Shown here: positions 35,559 through 44,073 of the stretch, piece by piece
Layout of the letters: every line of letters starts with the position of its first letter
Position numbering within the stretch: the stretch's first letter is position 1
From: Thermoprotei archaeon
GTDB lineage: Archaea > Thermoproteota > Thermoprotei > Thermofilales > B15-G2
NCBI GenBank assembly: GCA_003650815.1
Contig: QMSB01000003.1
Coordinates: 1-50,023 of the forward strand
DNA: 50,023 nt
Direction: 5' to 3'
The notes under the pieces: generated by a model
Told to the model about the DNA's origin: nothing
Seen by the model: the letters and a program-made list of their open reading frames with translations, nothing else
The model's database searches: none
Translations under genes and position numbers: made by a program

Positions 35559-37136
35559 GTGAAAATTTATCCAGCTGAGAAGGAAGCAGGTCCTGTAGAG
35601 TATAAGCTTAAGATAAGAAGGTCAGCTGAAAAAATTGAGAAGCTCGCTACTCAGCTCAAATATAGATTAGGGGAGGGAGGAGGGGAGGCATTTCTAGTTA
35701 TCGGAGTAACTGACGAAGGAGAACCTCTCGGCTTAAGCGAGGAGGAGCTTGAGGAATCACTGAGAGTACTTGATGAAGCTTCTAAGAAAATTAATGCCGT
35801 CTGGAAAATAGTTCAAGTAGCTCAGGGTAAGCGAGGAAAGGTTGTTGAAGTATTCCTACGTAGAAGTAGACTTGACACGCCTCCTATCTTTCTAAACATT
35901 CCTGTTCTAGGAAATGTAGACAGCGGAAAGTCTACACTAATAAGTGTCTTATGCACAGGAGAGCTTGATGATGGAAATGGTCTGGCTATGTCTAAGATAG
36001 CTAGGTATCTTCATGAGATAGAAAGCGGTAGAACTTCTTCAATTACGCCAAACTACTTAGGATTTGATGTCGACGGAAATGTAGTCAATCATAGGTTATT
36101 AGATCCCCTGGAAGAATCTGAAATATTTTTAAAAAGTTCTAAAATATTGATATTAATAGATCTAGGTGGTCATGAAAGATACTTAAGAACTACGTTAAAG
36201 GGCGTCATGGGTCGTGCACCTGATTACGCTATGTTAGTTGTAGCTGCAAACGCGGGTCTTATAGGAACAGGGAAAGAACATCTAGGATTATTAGTAGCTT
36301 TAAAGATACCTTTCTTTGTTGTCGTGACGAAAAAGGACTTAGTTCCTCATGAAATTTTAGGGAGAACACTTACTGGTCTTTACGCACTACTCAAGATGCC
36401 CGGTGTTAGGAAGATACCTTTACTTATAGAAAATGAGGACGATATAGTTTTAGCGGCAAGACTTGTTCCAAAAGCGCGAGTGGTTCCGATATTTATAGTG
36501 TCTAATGTTACTGGTGAAGGATTAGATCGTTTGAACAAGTTTTTGAATCTACTTCCTCCGCGAATGAGATGGAAGGAGAAAAGAAAAAGAGAATTTTTAA
36601 TGTATGTCGAGCATGTATTTAACGTCAGAGGAGTAGGATTGGTGGTAAGCGGGCTTGTTCTGGAGGGAGAAGTCAGAGTAAATGAGAGGGTATTAATAGG
36701 TCCTGATAGCAGAGGACTGTTTAAGTCTGTTCGAGTGAAGTCTATTCATGTGAATAGAGTAAGTGTTGATAGTGCTCAAGCGGGTCAGGAGGCATGTTTA
36801 GCTATTCAGGGAATAGGTTTTGACGAAGTAGTAAAGGGTATGTGTCTTACCTCAAAGCGTCTTCAACCTAAATCCATAAGGTCTTTTGAGGCTGAAATTA
36901 AGATTCTTCACCATCCCACTATGATCAAGAGAGGTTATCAAGCAGTATGTCACATACACACGATACGTCATGCAATTGTTTTTGAAAAAATGTCCAAAGA
37001 ACCTCTTAGGACAGGAGATAGTGCTATCGTTCATTTAAGGTTTCTCTACCGACCATGGTATATCAGGAAAGGAGATGTCTTTATTTTTAGAGAAGGGAGA
37101 ACCCGAGGATTAGGTGTAGTGACTCGAGTTAGCTAA
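35559..37136 (+). CDS. GTPBP1-like translational GTPase
   Basis: EYKLK, LATQLKYRLGEGGGEA, GNVDSGKST, HEIESGRTSS, DLGGHERYLRTT, TKKD, FREGRTRGLG. Confidence 0.93.
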   Translation: MKIYPAEKEAGPVEYKLKIRRSAEKIEKLATQLKYRLGEGGGEAFLVIGVTDEGEPLGLSEEELEESLRVLDEASKKINAVWKIVQVAQGKRGKVVEVFLRRSRLDTPPIFLNIPVLGNVDSGKSTLISVLCTGELDDGNGLAMSKIARYLHEIESGRTSSITPNYLGFDVDGNVVNHRLLDPLEESEIFLKSSKILILIDLGGHERYLRTTLKGVMGRAPDYAMLVVAANAGLIGTGKEHLGLLVALKIPFFVVVTKKDLVPHEILGRTLTGLYALLKMPGVRKIPLLIENEDDIVLAARLVPKARVVPIFIVSNVTGEGLDRLNKFLNLLPPRMRWKEKRKREFLMYVEHVFNVRGVGLVVSGLVLEGEVRVNERVLIGPDSRGLFKSVRVKSIHVNRVSVDSAQAGQEACLAIQGIGFDEVVKGMCLTSKRLQPKSIRSFEAEIKILHHPTMIKRGYQAVCHIHTIRHAIVFEKMSKEPLRTGDSAIVHLRFLYRPWYIRKGDVFIFREGRTRGLGVVTRVS

Positions 37137-37172
37137 ACTTTTTCAGCATTGCTACCTATATATCGTGAGAAC

Positions 37173-37631
37173 ATGAGTAAAAAGAGAATCGTTACCTTAC
37201 TTGATGAAACTCAGGCTAAGCCCGGTTATCGATTTGTAATCTATAGTATCCCGGATAAATGTAAGAAGTGTAAGCTGTATAAAGCCTGTCTCTCTAAGCT
37301 CAGGCCTGGAAGAACTTATAGAGTAGTTTCTGTCAGGAAAAAGAAGCATATTTGTCCTCTTACAAATAGGGAAGTAGTTGTAGTAAAGGTGGTCGAAGAA
37401 CCCATGTATATAGCTTTACCTTCATCTAAGGCTATAGAAGGAGTTACTATGACTTATAGAGAAGACTTAGCCTCATGTCCTAGTAAGGTTTATTGTAGGT
37501 ATCGTAAGTACTGCGACCCCTCGCCGGGCATAGTAAAGGGAACTAAGGTAAAGATTAATAAGCTAATATCTAAGATAAAGTGCATGAGAGGTCTTGATTT
37601 AGTCTTAGTTGAGGTAGATGTATTGAAGTGA
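37173..37631 (+). CDS. UPF0179-family protein
   Basis: VTLL..QAKPG.RF, CKKCKLYKAC, L.PGR.Y.V..VR...H.C; ORF track start 37149. Confidence 0.85.
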   Translation: MSKKRIVTLLDETQAKPGYRFVIYSIPDKCKKCKLYKACLSKLRPGRTYRVVSVRKKKHICPLTNREVVVVKVVEEPMYIALPSSKAIEGVTMTYREDLASCPSKVYCRYRKYCDPSPGIVKGTKVKINKLISKIKCMRGLDLVLVEVDVLK

Positions 37632-37675
37632 TGAAAAGCGGGCTAGAGATAGATGATCGAAACGGTTTGCTCTGA
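37628..37675 (+). ncRNA. C/D box sRNA
   Basis: C GTGATGA 37628 (contains the upstream TGA stop), D' GAGA 37646, C' TAGATGA 37650, D CTGA 37672. Fills the convergent gap exactly. Confidence 0.82.
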
Positions 37676-38665
37676 TTATAACTCTATTTTTACTCTGAGT
37701 TTAACCGCATGTCTTCTGCTAAGGTACACTAAGGTCTCTAGTATTTCTTCTTGGGATAGTCCTGTGCTTCGAGATATTTCATCTATGAGAGCATGTAGTG
37801 GAACTGTTTTTGAGCCTTTAGAGATTAGTGAGAGAACCGCCATTATTCTCGCATATTTTTTAGAGGAGGATTCTTCCATTATTTTCTCAAAGTACTCTAT
37901 TATTTCCTTTATTTGATTCTCTAAATCAGATACTTCAGCGAGATATACTCCGTTAGCTAGCTCAGCAGAAGCCTTTATTATATTACTTCTTATTACTCTT
38001 ATCCTCTCAAATCTTACTCTAGCTTCTTCGGCTTTCTCAAGTGATATAAGTGGCTTGATTTGATAGTAGAGCTTAGCGGCTGCTTCGCAAAGTTCTAGGA
38101 CTGTAGTTAGCCTCTTCTTGTAGTTCTGGTCAAACCTATATAGAAGGCACTTTATTTCTCTATAACTCTTTTTAAGTTCATCTGCTAAAGCATAGGGATC
38201 CGGGATATCAGGATTTTGTAGTATGCGCTGACTTTTCCTCTCTAACCGCATTAGATTAGAGTATATATTTTCATCTAGTTTTCTTACTACCTCCTTGTTT
38301 TTATCAATTTTGCTTAATATTCTTTTTAACTCTTTTTCAGCCTCTAGACATTCCTCAAGTCCTTTAGCGTATCTAGTTAGTAGTTCTAAGTAGCTCCTTA
38401 ACTTTGTCCCGTACTCTTCTAGGTTTTTCTCCAAATTCCGAGAAATCCCATAGACTGGTGGAGGCTGTGGGGGAGTGTTCGACTTGATAAAGTTTTCGAA
38501 AAGTGGTTTTACTACAGAATCTTTATTGCTCGAGTATCTCTCGTTAAGCAGATTGATTATGCTCTCTACTTGTTTCCTAAGCTCTGATACTTCATTTACT
38601 TTTCTGGACAGTTCGTTTAAAAGCTGATCTAGGGTTTTCTCCTTAGTTACTACTCTAAGTTTCAC
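37676..38665 (-). CDS. Coiled-coil/helical-bundle protein with a C-terminal winged-helix-like domain
   Basis: Long amphipathic helices, a PPQPPP linker, and the C-terminus LHALIDEISRSTGLSQEEILETLVYLSRRHAVKLRV. Confidence 0.7.
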   Translation of the reverse strand: MKLRVVTKEKTLDQLLNELSRKVNEVSELRKQVESIINLLNERYSSNKDSVVKPLFENFIKSNTPPQPPPVYGISRNLEKNLEEYGTKLRSYLELLTRYAKGLEECLEAEKELKRILSKIDKNKEVVRKLDENIYSNLMRLERKSQRILQNPDIPDPYALADELKKSYREIKCLLYRFDQNYKKRLTTVLELCEAAAKLYYQIKPLISLEKAEEARVRFERIRVIRSNIIKASAELANGVYLAEVSDLENQIKEIIEYFEKIMEESSSKKYARIMAVLSLISKGSKTVPLHALIDEISRSTGLSQEEILETLVYLSRRHAVKLRVKIEL

Positions 38666-38706
38666 ACTGTCTACTTTGAGTAGAGAGCTATTTTAAGTAA
38701 CGCTTA

Positions 38707-39252
38707 CTATACTGTCGTGATTTCAGGATATATTGTGGTGAATCTGTTTCCTCCCACATGGTATATTAGTTTAACTTTGCTGAGATTCCATGCTTTTTCG
38801 AAAAGATCTTCGTTGACATAAGCTTCCACTACTTCTCCTACGAAAAGCACGTGGTCTCCTGTCTTAAGCTCTGCTCTAACTACACATTCAAGATTCGCTA
38901 CACAGTCTTCGATTAGTGGCGCTTTAATTTTTCTGGATTTCATTAACTTGAAGCCATATTTAGCTATTTTATCGACTTCCTCTCCACTTTCTCTTCCACA
39001 TGCAAATACTTTTTCTAAAAGACTCCAGTCAGGTATGTTTACTCCAAAGTCTCCAGTTTCTTTTACAAGCTTATAGGTATATCTCTCAGGAGCTATACTG
39101 ACTGCGATCATAGGGGGCGAAAAGCTTGTAGGCATACACCAGGCGAAAGTAGCTATATTAACTTTACCGTCTTTGCTCGCAGAGGTTACAAGTACTGTCA
39201 ATTTTGGATGAAGCAATCTATATGCAAATGCTTTGCTAACGGTTTTCTTCAT
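38707..39252 (-). CDS. Flavin reductase family protein
   Basis: YRLLHP..TVLVTS, SFSPP, RYT, FGVNIP, CGRESG...DK, LEC, GDHVLFVGEV; ORF track start 39297. Confidence 0.9.
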   Translation of the reverse strand: MKKTVSKAFAYRLLHPKLTVLVTSASKDGKVNIATFAWCMPTSFSPPMIAVSIAPERYTYKLVKETGDFGVNIPDWSLLEKVFACGRESGEEVDKIAKYGFKLMKSRKIKAPLIEDCVANLECVVRAELKTGDHVLFVGEVVEAYVNEDLFEKAWNLSKVKLIYHVGGNRFTTIYPEITTV

Positions 39253-39340
39253 CGATATATCTATCAGCGCACGAAATATTAATCTGGTGATATTCACTAT
39301 CTACGAAATATTTAATTCGAATGCTGCTCTCGCTCTAAAC

Positions 39341-40030
39341 ATGAGACTAGAGGAGGCTAAGTTAAGGGCTGCTGAAAAAGCGCTAAAGATGGTTAAGGAT
39401 GGTATGGTTTTAGGCCTTGGCTCCGGCTCTACTGTGGCTAAATTTATTAAGCTTCTTGGAGAAAAGATTGGCTACGAGTTTACCGAGATTTATGGTGTTC
39501 CCTCGTCCTATGATACTGAAATTTTAGCTAGAGAAGTAGGCATAAAAATAGTTTCCTTAAACGATTACTTCCCAGATCTAGCAGTTGATGGAGCTGATGA
39601 AGTTGATAGAGATTTTAACTTAATAAAGGGGGGAGGAGGTTGCCATACCCGAGAGAAAATCGTCGATTACTCTTCAGGAGAATTCGTAGTTATAGTAGAT
39701 TACACTAAGCTAGTTACCCGCCTCGGTTTAAGAAAACCTATACCCATTGAAGTGCTTCCTTTCGCGCTAAGATTAGTAATTCGTACTCTTTCAAGGCTTG
39801 GCAGAGCGGAGATTAGACGCTGTAAGGGAGGAAAACTTGGTCCAGTCGTGACTGACAATGGAAACTTTATAGTTGATCTGAACTATGGTAGACCAATAGA
39901 GGATATTGAAGCACTTGATAGAGAGCTGAAATCTATACCTGGAGTTATTGAGACAGGACTTTTTTATGGCAGTAAAGTGTCTAAGGTTGTGGTCGGATAT
40001 CCTGATAGAGCCGAAATATTATTTAAGTAG
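39341..40030 (+). CDS. rpiA: Ribose-5-phosphate isomerase A
   Basis: GLGSGST, DGADEVD, IKGGGG..TREK, PIEV, TDNGN, PGVIETGLF. Confidence 0.96.
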   Translation: MRLEEAKLRAAEKALKMVKDGMVLGLGSGSTVAKFIKLLGEKIGYEFTEIYGVPSSYDTEILAREVGIKIVSLNDYFPDLAVDGADEVDRDFNLIKGGGGCHTREKIVDYSSGEFVVIVDYTKLVTRLGLRKPIPIEVLPFALRLVIRTLSRLGRAEIRRCKGGKLGPVVTDNGNFIVDLNYGRPIEDIEALDRELKSIPGVIETGLFYGSKVSKVVVGYPDRAEILFK

Positions 40031-41068
40031 CTTGATGAAACCAGGGTGTTCTCTGGAGCCAACAGCTACTTGATATGTCTTTTCTCCTGAGGACTTGACT
40101 TCAACAAGTACTCCGTTTATCACTACTTTCTCTTCCTCTGAGAATATTCCCGAATAAACTCCATTAAAGCATACTAGTTCTTTAAGAGATTCCCTAAATA
40201 TATGAGAAACATTTAGTGGTTTTATCTTATAGGTATATGGGAAAAAGAGAGATTCCACAGGATCCAGTATTACAGCTTTAAGTTCTATTCTGCCAATAAC
40301 CCTATATACTTTTTCTCCATACTTTTCTCTAACTTCTTCAGGTTTTCTCACGAAAGATACTGAGAAATTCTTGTTAAGAAATACACCTTTATCAACTTTT
40401 CTTCTGTATATCTCCTTTGCGGTCTCTGGAGGCACATTGTATACTTTTATGATCTTGTTTACCCACTCTTTATCGCATTTTGAGATATCCATATTTTTCA
40501 GGACATCTAGTACTTTCCAGGATTCACGCAGCCCGTAAATTACTAGATTTATATCTGAGAACCTTTCGTTATGTATCTTTAAGAGAATAGATCCTGTTAC
40601 CCCTAGGCTTTTTAGCGGGATATTGCTACGAGAAGACAGTTCTTTTGCGAGTTCTACCGCTATGCTTTCTAAGTTGCTCAAATTTTTCTCCTTAAGTAAT
40701 TCACCTAAGCGTTTTTCTGGCATATAGTGCTCATCTATGCATATTATGGGTATTCCTACTACTTTGCAGCCTAATACTTTATCGTAATAAACATATTCTC
40801 TGAAAAGTTCTTCAGCCATTTCTATACTTTTAGAGATCTCTTGAATAGAGTAAGTTTTGATCAACCTTATGTACACCTTGCCCTCTCTCTTCCATACGCT
40901 TTTACCCTTTTCCGCGACTAGATACTTGGGAAATGATATTACTTTAGCTAGAGGATGCAGATAACCTACTACGCACGCAATTAGTCTTCCTGCTTGGATG
41001 TAATCTTTGTCTAGGTAAGGTCTAGTTGACTGAACTTCATGTAAGTAATGTTTTTTCTTCACACTCAT
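40019..41068 (-). CDS. Predicted nucleotidyltransferase (archaeal pol-beta-like family)
   Basis: VVGYLHP, PKY, GVTGSIL...SDINLVIYG, C-terminal OB-like region ending VGSRE. Confidence 0.78.
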   Translation of the reverse strand: MSVKKKHYLHEVQSTRPYLDKDYIQAGRLIACVVGYLHPLAKVISFPKYLVAEKGKSVWKREGKVYIRLIKTYSIQEISKSIEMAEELFREYVYYDKVLGCKVVGIPIICIDEHYMPEKRLGELLKEKNLSNLESIAVELAKELSSRSNIPLKSLGVTGSILLKIHNERFSDINLVIYGLRESWKVLDVLKNMDISKCDKEWVNKIIKVYNVPPETAKEIYRRKVDKGVFLNKNFSVSFVRKPEEVREKYGEKVYRVIGRIELKAVILDPVESLFFPYTYKIKPLNVSHIFRESLKELVCFNGVYSGIFSEEEKVVINGVLVEVKSSGEKTYQVAVGSREHPGFIKLLK

Positions 41069-41140
41069 TCTGAAGCCTATTCACTTTTCCTCAAAAAGTT
41101 TATATAGATTTTATGAGATAGCCAGTAAAAGGGCGGGATC

Positions 41141-42004
41141 ATGGACTTGTATAGCAATCTACTACTTGGCTTCATTGTGACGCTGGCTATAGGTCTTCCC
41201 TCTTATAAAAAGAAATTCGTTAGCTTCTCAGGACTCTTCGCAGGTCTGGTCGTCGGCATGCTAACTTTTGTTGGAGGCCCCGCTTGCTTTTTAGTAATAA
41301 TGGTGTTTTTCCTTAGTTCAAGTATATTAACTAAGCTAGGTTACCACTCCAAGGAGGTTAAGGGAGCAGCTGAAAAGAAAAGCGGTAGAACAGCTCTCCA
41401 AGTAATATGTGCCGGCGGAGTAGCTGGTGTTGCCGCTTTCCTTAAAGGACTTTATGAAGCGAGAGCCCTTATTTGGCCTGACCCAAATCAGCTGTCACAT
41501 GTTCTCACAGTAGCTTTTCTCGGAGCTGTGAGCTCAGCTAACGCTGATACCTGGGCTGTTGAATTAGGTCTTCTTTCAGAAGAAGAACCTAAGCTGATAA
41601 CTAACTTGAAGAAAAAGGTTCCGCCCGGTACTTCAGGAGGAGTCACGAAACTAGGAACTTTAGGATCTTTCCTAGGAGCTCTCTTAATAGCAGCTGTCTC
41701 AGCCGCGCTTTACCAACATGTTTCTCCTCCCTTTGAACAAATGGATCCGCTAGCTATACTTATTATAACTTTCATATCAGGTTTTACTGCCGAGAAAATA
41801 GATAGTTTCCTTGGAGCTACCGTGCAGGTAAAGTATTGGTGTCCCAAGTGTAAGAAAGAGACTGATAAAAAAGTACATAAGTGTGGTAGCTCAACAGAGT
41901 ACCTACGAGGAATAAAGATAATCAGCAATGAGGCAGTCAACTTGATCTCCACTTTAGCAGGAGCTCTTCTGGCGTCCTGCCTCTACATAGCGCTATATGA
42001 TTAA
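41141..42004 (+). CDS. DUF92/TMEM19-like membrane protein with a Zn-ribbon insert
   Basis: FFLSSSILTK, GRTALQV, ADTWAVELG, VPPGTSGGVT, DSFLGATVQ..CPKC...HKCG, NEAVN. Confidence 0.9.
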   Translation: MDLYSNLLLGFIVTLAIGLPSYKKKFVSFSGLFAGLVVGMLTFVGGPACFLVIMVFFLSSSILTKLGYHSKEVKGAAEKKSGRTALQVICAGGVAGVAAFLKGLYEARALIWPDPNQLSHVLTVAFLGAVSSANADTWAVELGLLSEEEPKLITNLKKKVPPGTSGGVTKLGTLGSFLGALLIAAVSAALYQHVSPPFEQMDPLAILIITFISGFTAEKIDSFLGATVQVKYWCPKCKKETDKKVHKCGSSTEYLRGIKIISNEAVNLISTLAGALLASCLYIALYD

Positions 42005-42266
42005 CATGCCTCGACCTAAAGACTTGAGATTTTATCAAGAGCGCTTAGACTTGTTTTATAGACTTAAGTTCTCTAAGTGTACTGTCAGATGGCATGCATA
42101 CGAGTATTTAATATTGTGCAGAGACTTTATTTGCGTCATACTCTTAGAACCTTGGAAAAGCAAAGCATCCTTATATTTTCGCGGAAACACTAGTAAAGTA
42201 GAGAAACTAGCCAGTATTTTGGAAGAGTATTCTCTTAAAGATATAGAGATTGTAAAGCTAGCCTGA
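41997..42266 (+). CDS. Hypothetical protein
   Basis: 89-aa ORF overlapping the DUF92 stop. Confidence 0.6.
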   Translation: MINMPRPKDLRFYQERLDLFYRLKFSKCTVRWHAYEYLILCRDFICVILLEPWKSKASLYFRGNTSKVEKLASILEEYSLKDIEIVKLA

Positions 42267-42291
42267 AGTTATTCAAGCTCGTAGAGATAGA

Positions 42292-42298
42292 TTTATTA
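42292..42298 (+). promoter_or_regulatory. TATA-like element for the candidate ncRNA
   Basis: TTTATTA lies 24-30 nt upstream of G42322, after a purine-rich BRE-like stretch. Confidence 0.45.
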
Positions 42299-42321
42299 GA
42301 AAGAAAAGAAAAATATTACCT

Positions 42322-42473
42322 GGAGCCCGCCGGGGAAAGTGGGGCATTGTTCGGCATCTCAAGTTAAGTGCCTCAGTGAATCATTTTTAAGGAAAACAGC
42401 GATGATGATTCAAGTGATGTCTTTGATTCAAGAAAACATTATTAAGTTTATTAAGCCCCCAATGGCGGGCTCA
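42322..42473 (+). ncRNA. Candidate bulge-helix-bulge-closed ncRNA (circular RNA precursor)
   Basis: GAGCCCGCC/GGCGGGCTC 9-bp helix, GGGG/CCCC 4-bp central helix, and 3-nt bulges AAA and AAT in canonical orientation; internal hairpins. Confidence 0.6.
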
Positions 42474-43142
42474 GAATTCGTACTTTTCTCCAGGCTTCAG
42501 TATTACGACTTTTGTGCCTATACCTTTATCTTCAACAGCTTTCTGGAAATCTTTGGGATCCTTGTCTATAGGTGGGAATGTTCCATAGTGCATTGGTATC
42601 GCTACCTTAGGCTTAATTAGCGTAATGAACTCTGCTGCTTGAAGAGGATCCATTGTATATAGCCCGCCGATAGGCACTAAAGCTATATCTACTGGGTAGA
42701 GATCTGCATATAGTTTAATGTCGTAGAATAGCCCTGTGTCTCCTGCGTGATATATAGTTGCTTCTTTTCCTCTAATTACGTATCCTACTTCTCTACCTCT
42801 TTCTGCTGAGTGAAAAGCTGGTACGAGTATTACTTCTATGTCTTTAATTTTAATACTCCCGCCGATATTCATTCCATAGGCTTTCCGGACTCCCTGATTG
42901 TTCATATAGTTGGCTAGCTCATATATACCCGCAAAGGCCGCACCAGTCTTCCTGGCTATTTTTACAGCATCTCCTAGGTGATCCCCGTGGTCATGCGTTA
43001 CTAAGATTAAATCTGCACGCTTAATCTCTTCTATTTTACACGCTGCCTTGGGATTTCCAGTTATCCAGGGGTCGATTAATATTGTTCTGCCATCTAGAAA
43101 AATCTCAAAAGCTGCGTGTCCGAGCCACTTAACATAGCCCAT
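42471..43142 (-). CDS. UPF0173 metallo-beta-lactamase-fold hydrolase
   Basis: WLGHA, IDPW, THDHGDHLGD, AFHS, YHAGDTG, PMHYGTF. Confidence 0.92.
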   Translation of the reverse strand: MGYVKWLGHAAFEIFLDGRTILIDPWITGNPKAACKIEEIKRADLILVTHDHGDHLGDAVKIARKTGAAFAGIYELANYMNNQGVRKAYGMNIGGSIKIKDIEVILVPAFHSAERGREVGYVIRGKEATIYHAGDTGLFYDIKLYADLYPVDIALVPIGGLYTMDPLQAAEFITLIKPKVAIPMHYGTFPPIDKDPKDFQKAVEDKGIGTKVVILKPGEKYEF

Positions 43143-43155
43143 TTTTATCCCTTTA

Positions 43156-44058
43156 TTACTTGTTTACCTCCAGTCTTAAAGCTTTCTTCGCACAGACATT
43201 AACACAGCTCATGCATTTGATACATCTCTTCGTGGTTAGCTTGTCGTAAGATGTTATATCAATGTTCATCGGACATTCTATTTCACATAGCCTACAGTTA
43301 ACACATATCTCTGAATTGCGTTTAATTGTAAGTACTGAGACTTTATTAAAATAGCCCATGAGAACTCCTAATGGGCATATCCATCGACAAAAGGGTCTTG
43401 GAGTTATAAGTGATAAGAACAGTATTATAGCCACTATTGCTATTCTTAAAATAGCCCACGGAGTAAGCGTCACTACTCCTGTGTATACAGCTTCGAGAAT
43501 ACGCGACGGCAGTATTATTAGGAGAGTGGCTGAGGGGCAGAAGGAACAGAAGGGGCCTTCATAGAATGTCTCGTCTATTATGTTTCCATAAGTAGGTAGC
43601 TTAAGAAAAATCATTCCCGCAGTACTAAGACCATATAGTACTGTTGTAAGCAGCACTACTAGGAGTACTGCATCTTGTAAGAAAGATACTTCAATAGGTA
43701 TTTTATTTTTCTTTCCCGCAATTCTCCATAAAAATTCTTGAATTAGCCCGAAGGGACATATCCATCCGCAAAAAGCTCTTCCGAGAATGGCTCCTATCAC
43801 TAGGAGAGAGCCTATAACTAAGAGCGGTACTTGCCCTCGGGCTAGCATTCTCTGAAGCGCTCCCATCGCGCAGACTACTGTACTGCTCGGCTTATTGACT
43901 ACTATCATGACACCCATCGAGAAACAATTCAAGACTGGCAGTGAGATACCTGTGACACCTGCTCGAATCCAGGGCTCGAAGAATCTTAAGTTCATTAAAA
44001 TAAAGGAAATTATAGCTAATATTACTCTCAAGTGCATTATTTTTCCGCGTGCTTTCAT
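43156..44058 (-). CDS. Membrane 4Fe-4S binding protein (NapH/YccM-like polyferredoxin)
   Basis: GRAFCGWICPFG, FCSFCP, RPFCRWICPLG, CVNCRLC..CP, CIKCMSC..C, and multiple TM helices. Confidence 0.9.
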   Translation of the reverse strand: MKARGKIMHLRVILAIISFILMNLRFFEPWIRAGVTGISLPVLNCFSMGVMIVVNKPSSTVVCAMGALQRMLARGQVPLLVIGSLLVIGAILGRAFCGWICPFGLIQEFLWRIAGKKNKIPIEVSFLQDAVLLVVLLTTVLYGLSTAGMIFLKLPTYGNIIDETFYEGPFCSFCPSATLLIILPSRILEAVYTGVVTLTPWAILRIAIVAIILFLSLITPRPFCRWICPLGVLMGYFNKVSVLTIKRNSEICVNCRLCEIECPMNIDITSYDKLTTKRCIKCMSCVNVCAKKALRLEVNK

Positions 44059-44073
44059 ATAAGCCCCTGAGAC

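Noticed and set aside
42321-42472. tRNA or split-tRNA half on the minus strand (GAGCCCG...CGGGCTCCA resembles an acceptor stem with CCA)
   Set aside because: There is no U8/D arm, anticodon arm or GTTCRA T-loop, and the BHB geometry is canonical only on the + strand.
42332-42472. RNase P RNA (GGGGAAAGT) or 5S rRNA (AAGTTAAG, about 125 nt)
   Set aside because: The remaining conserved elements (CR-V/P4 pairing; 5S loop C CGAAC and helices) are absent, and the interior is too AT-rich.
42339-42620. 93-aa + strand ORF
   Set aside because: It overlaps the MBL hydrolase antisense for 150 nt, has no recognisable motif, and starts inside a strong RNA structure.
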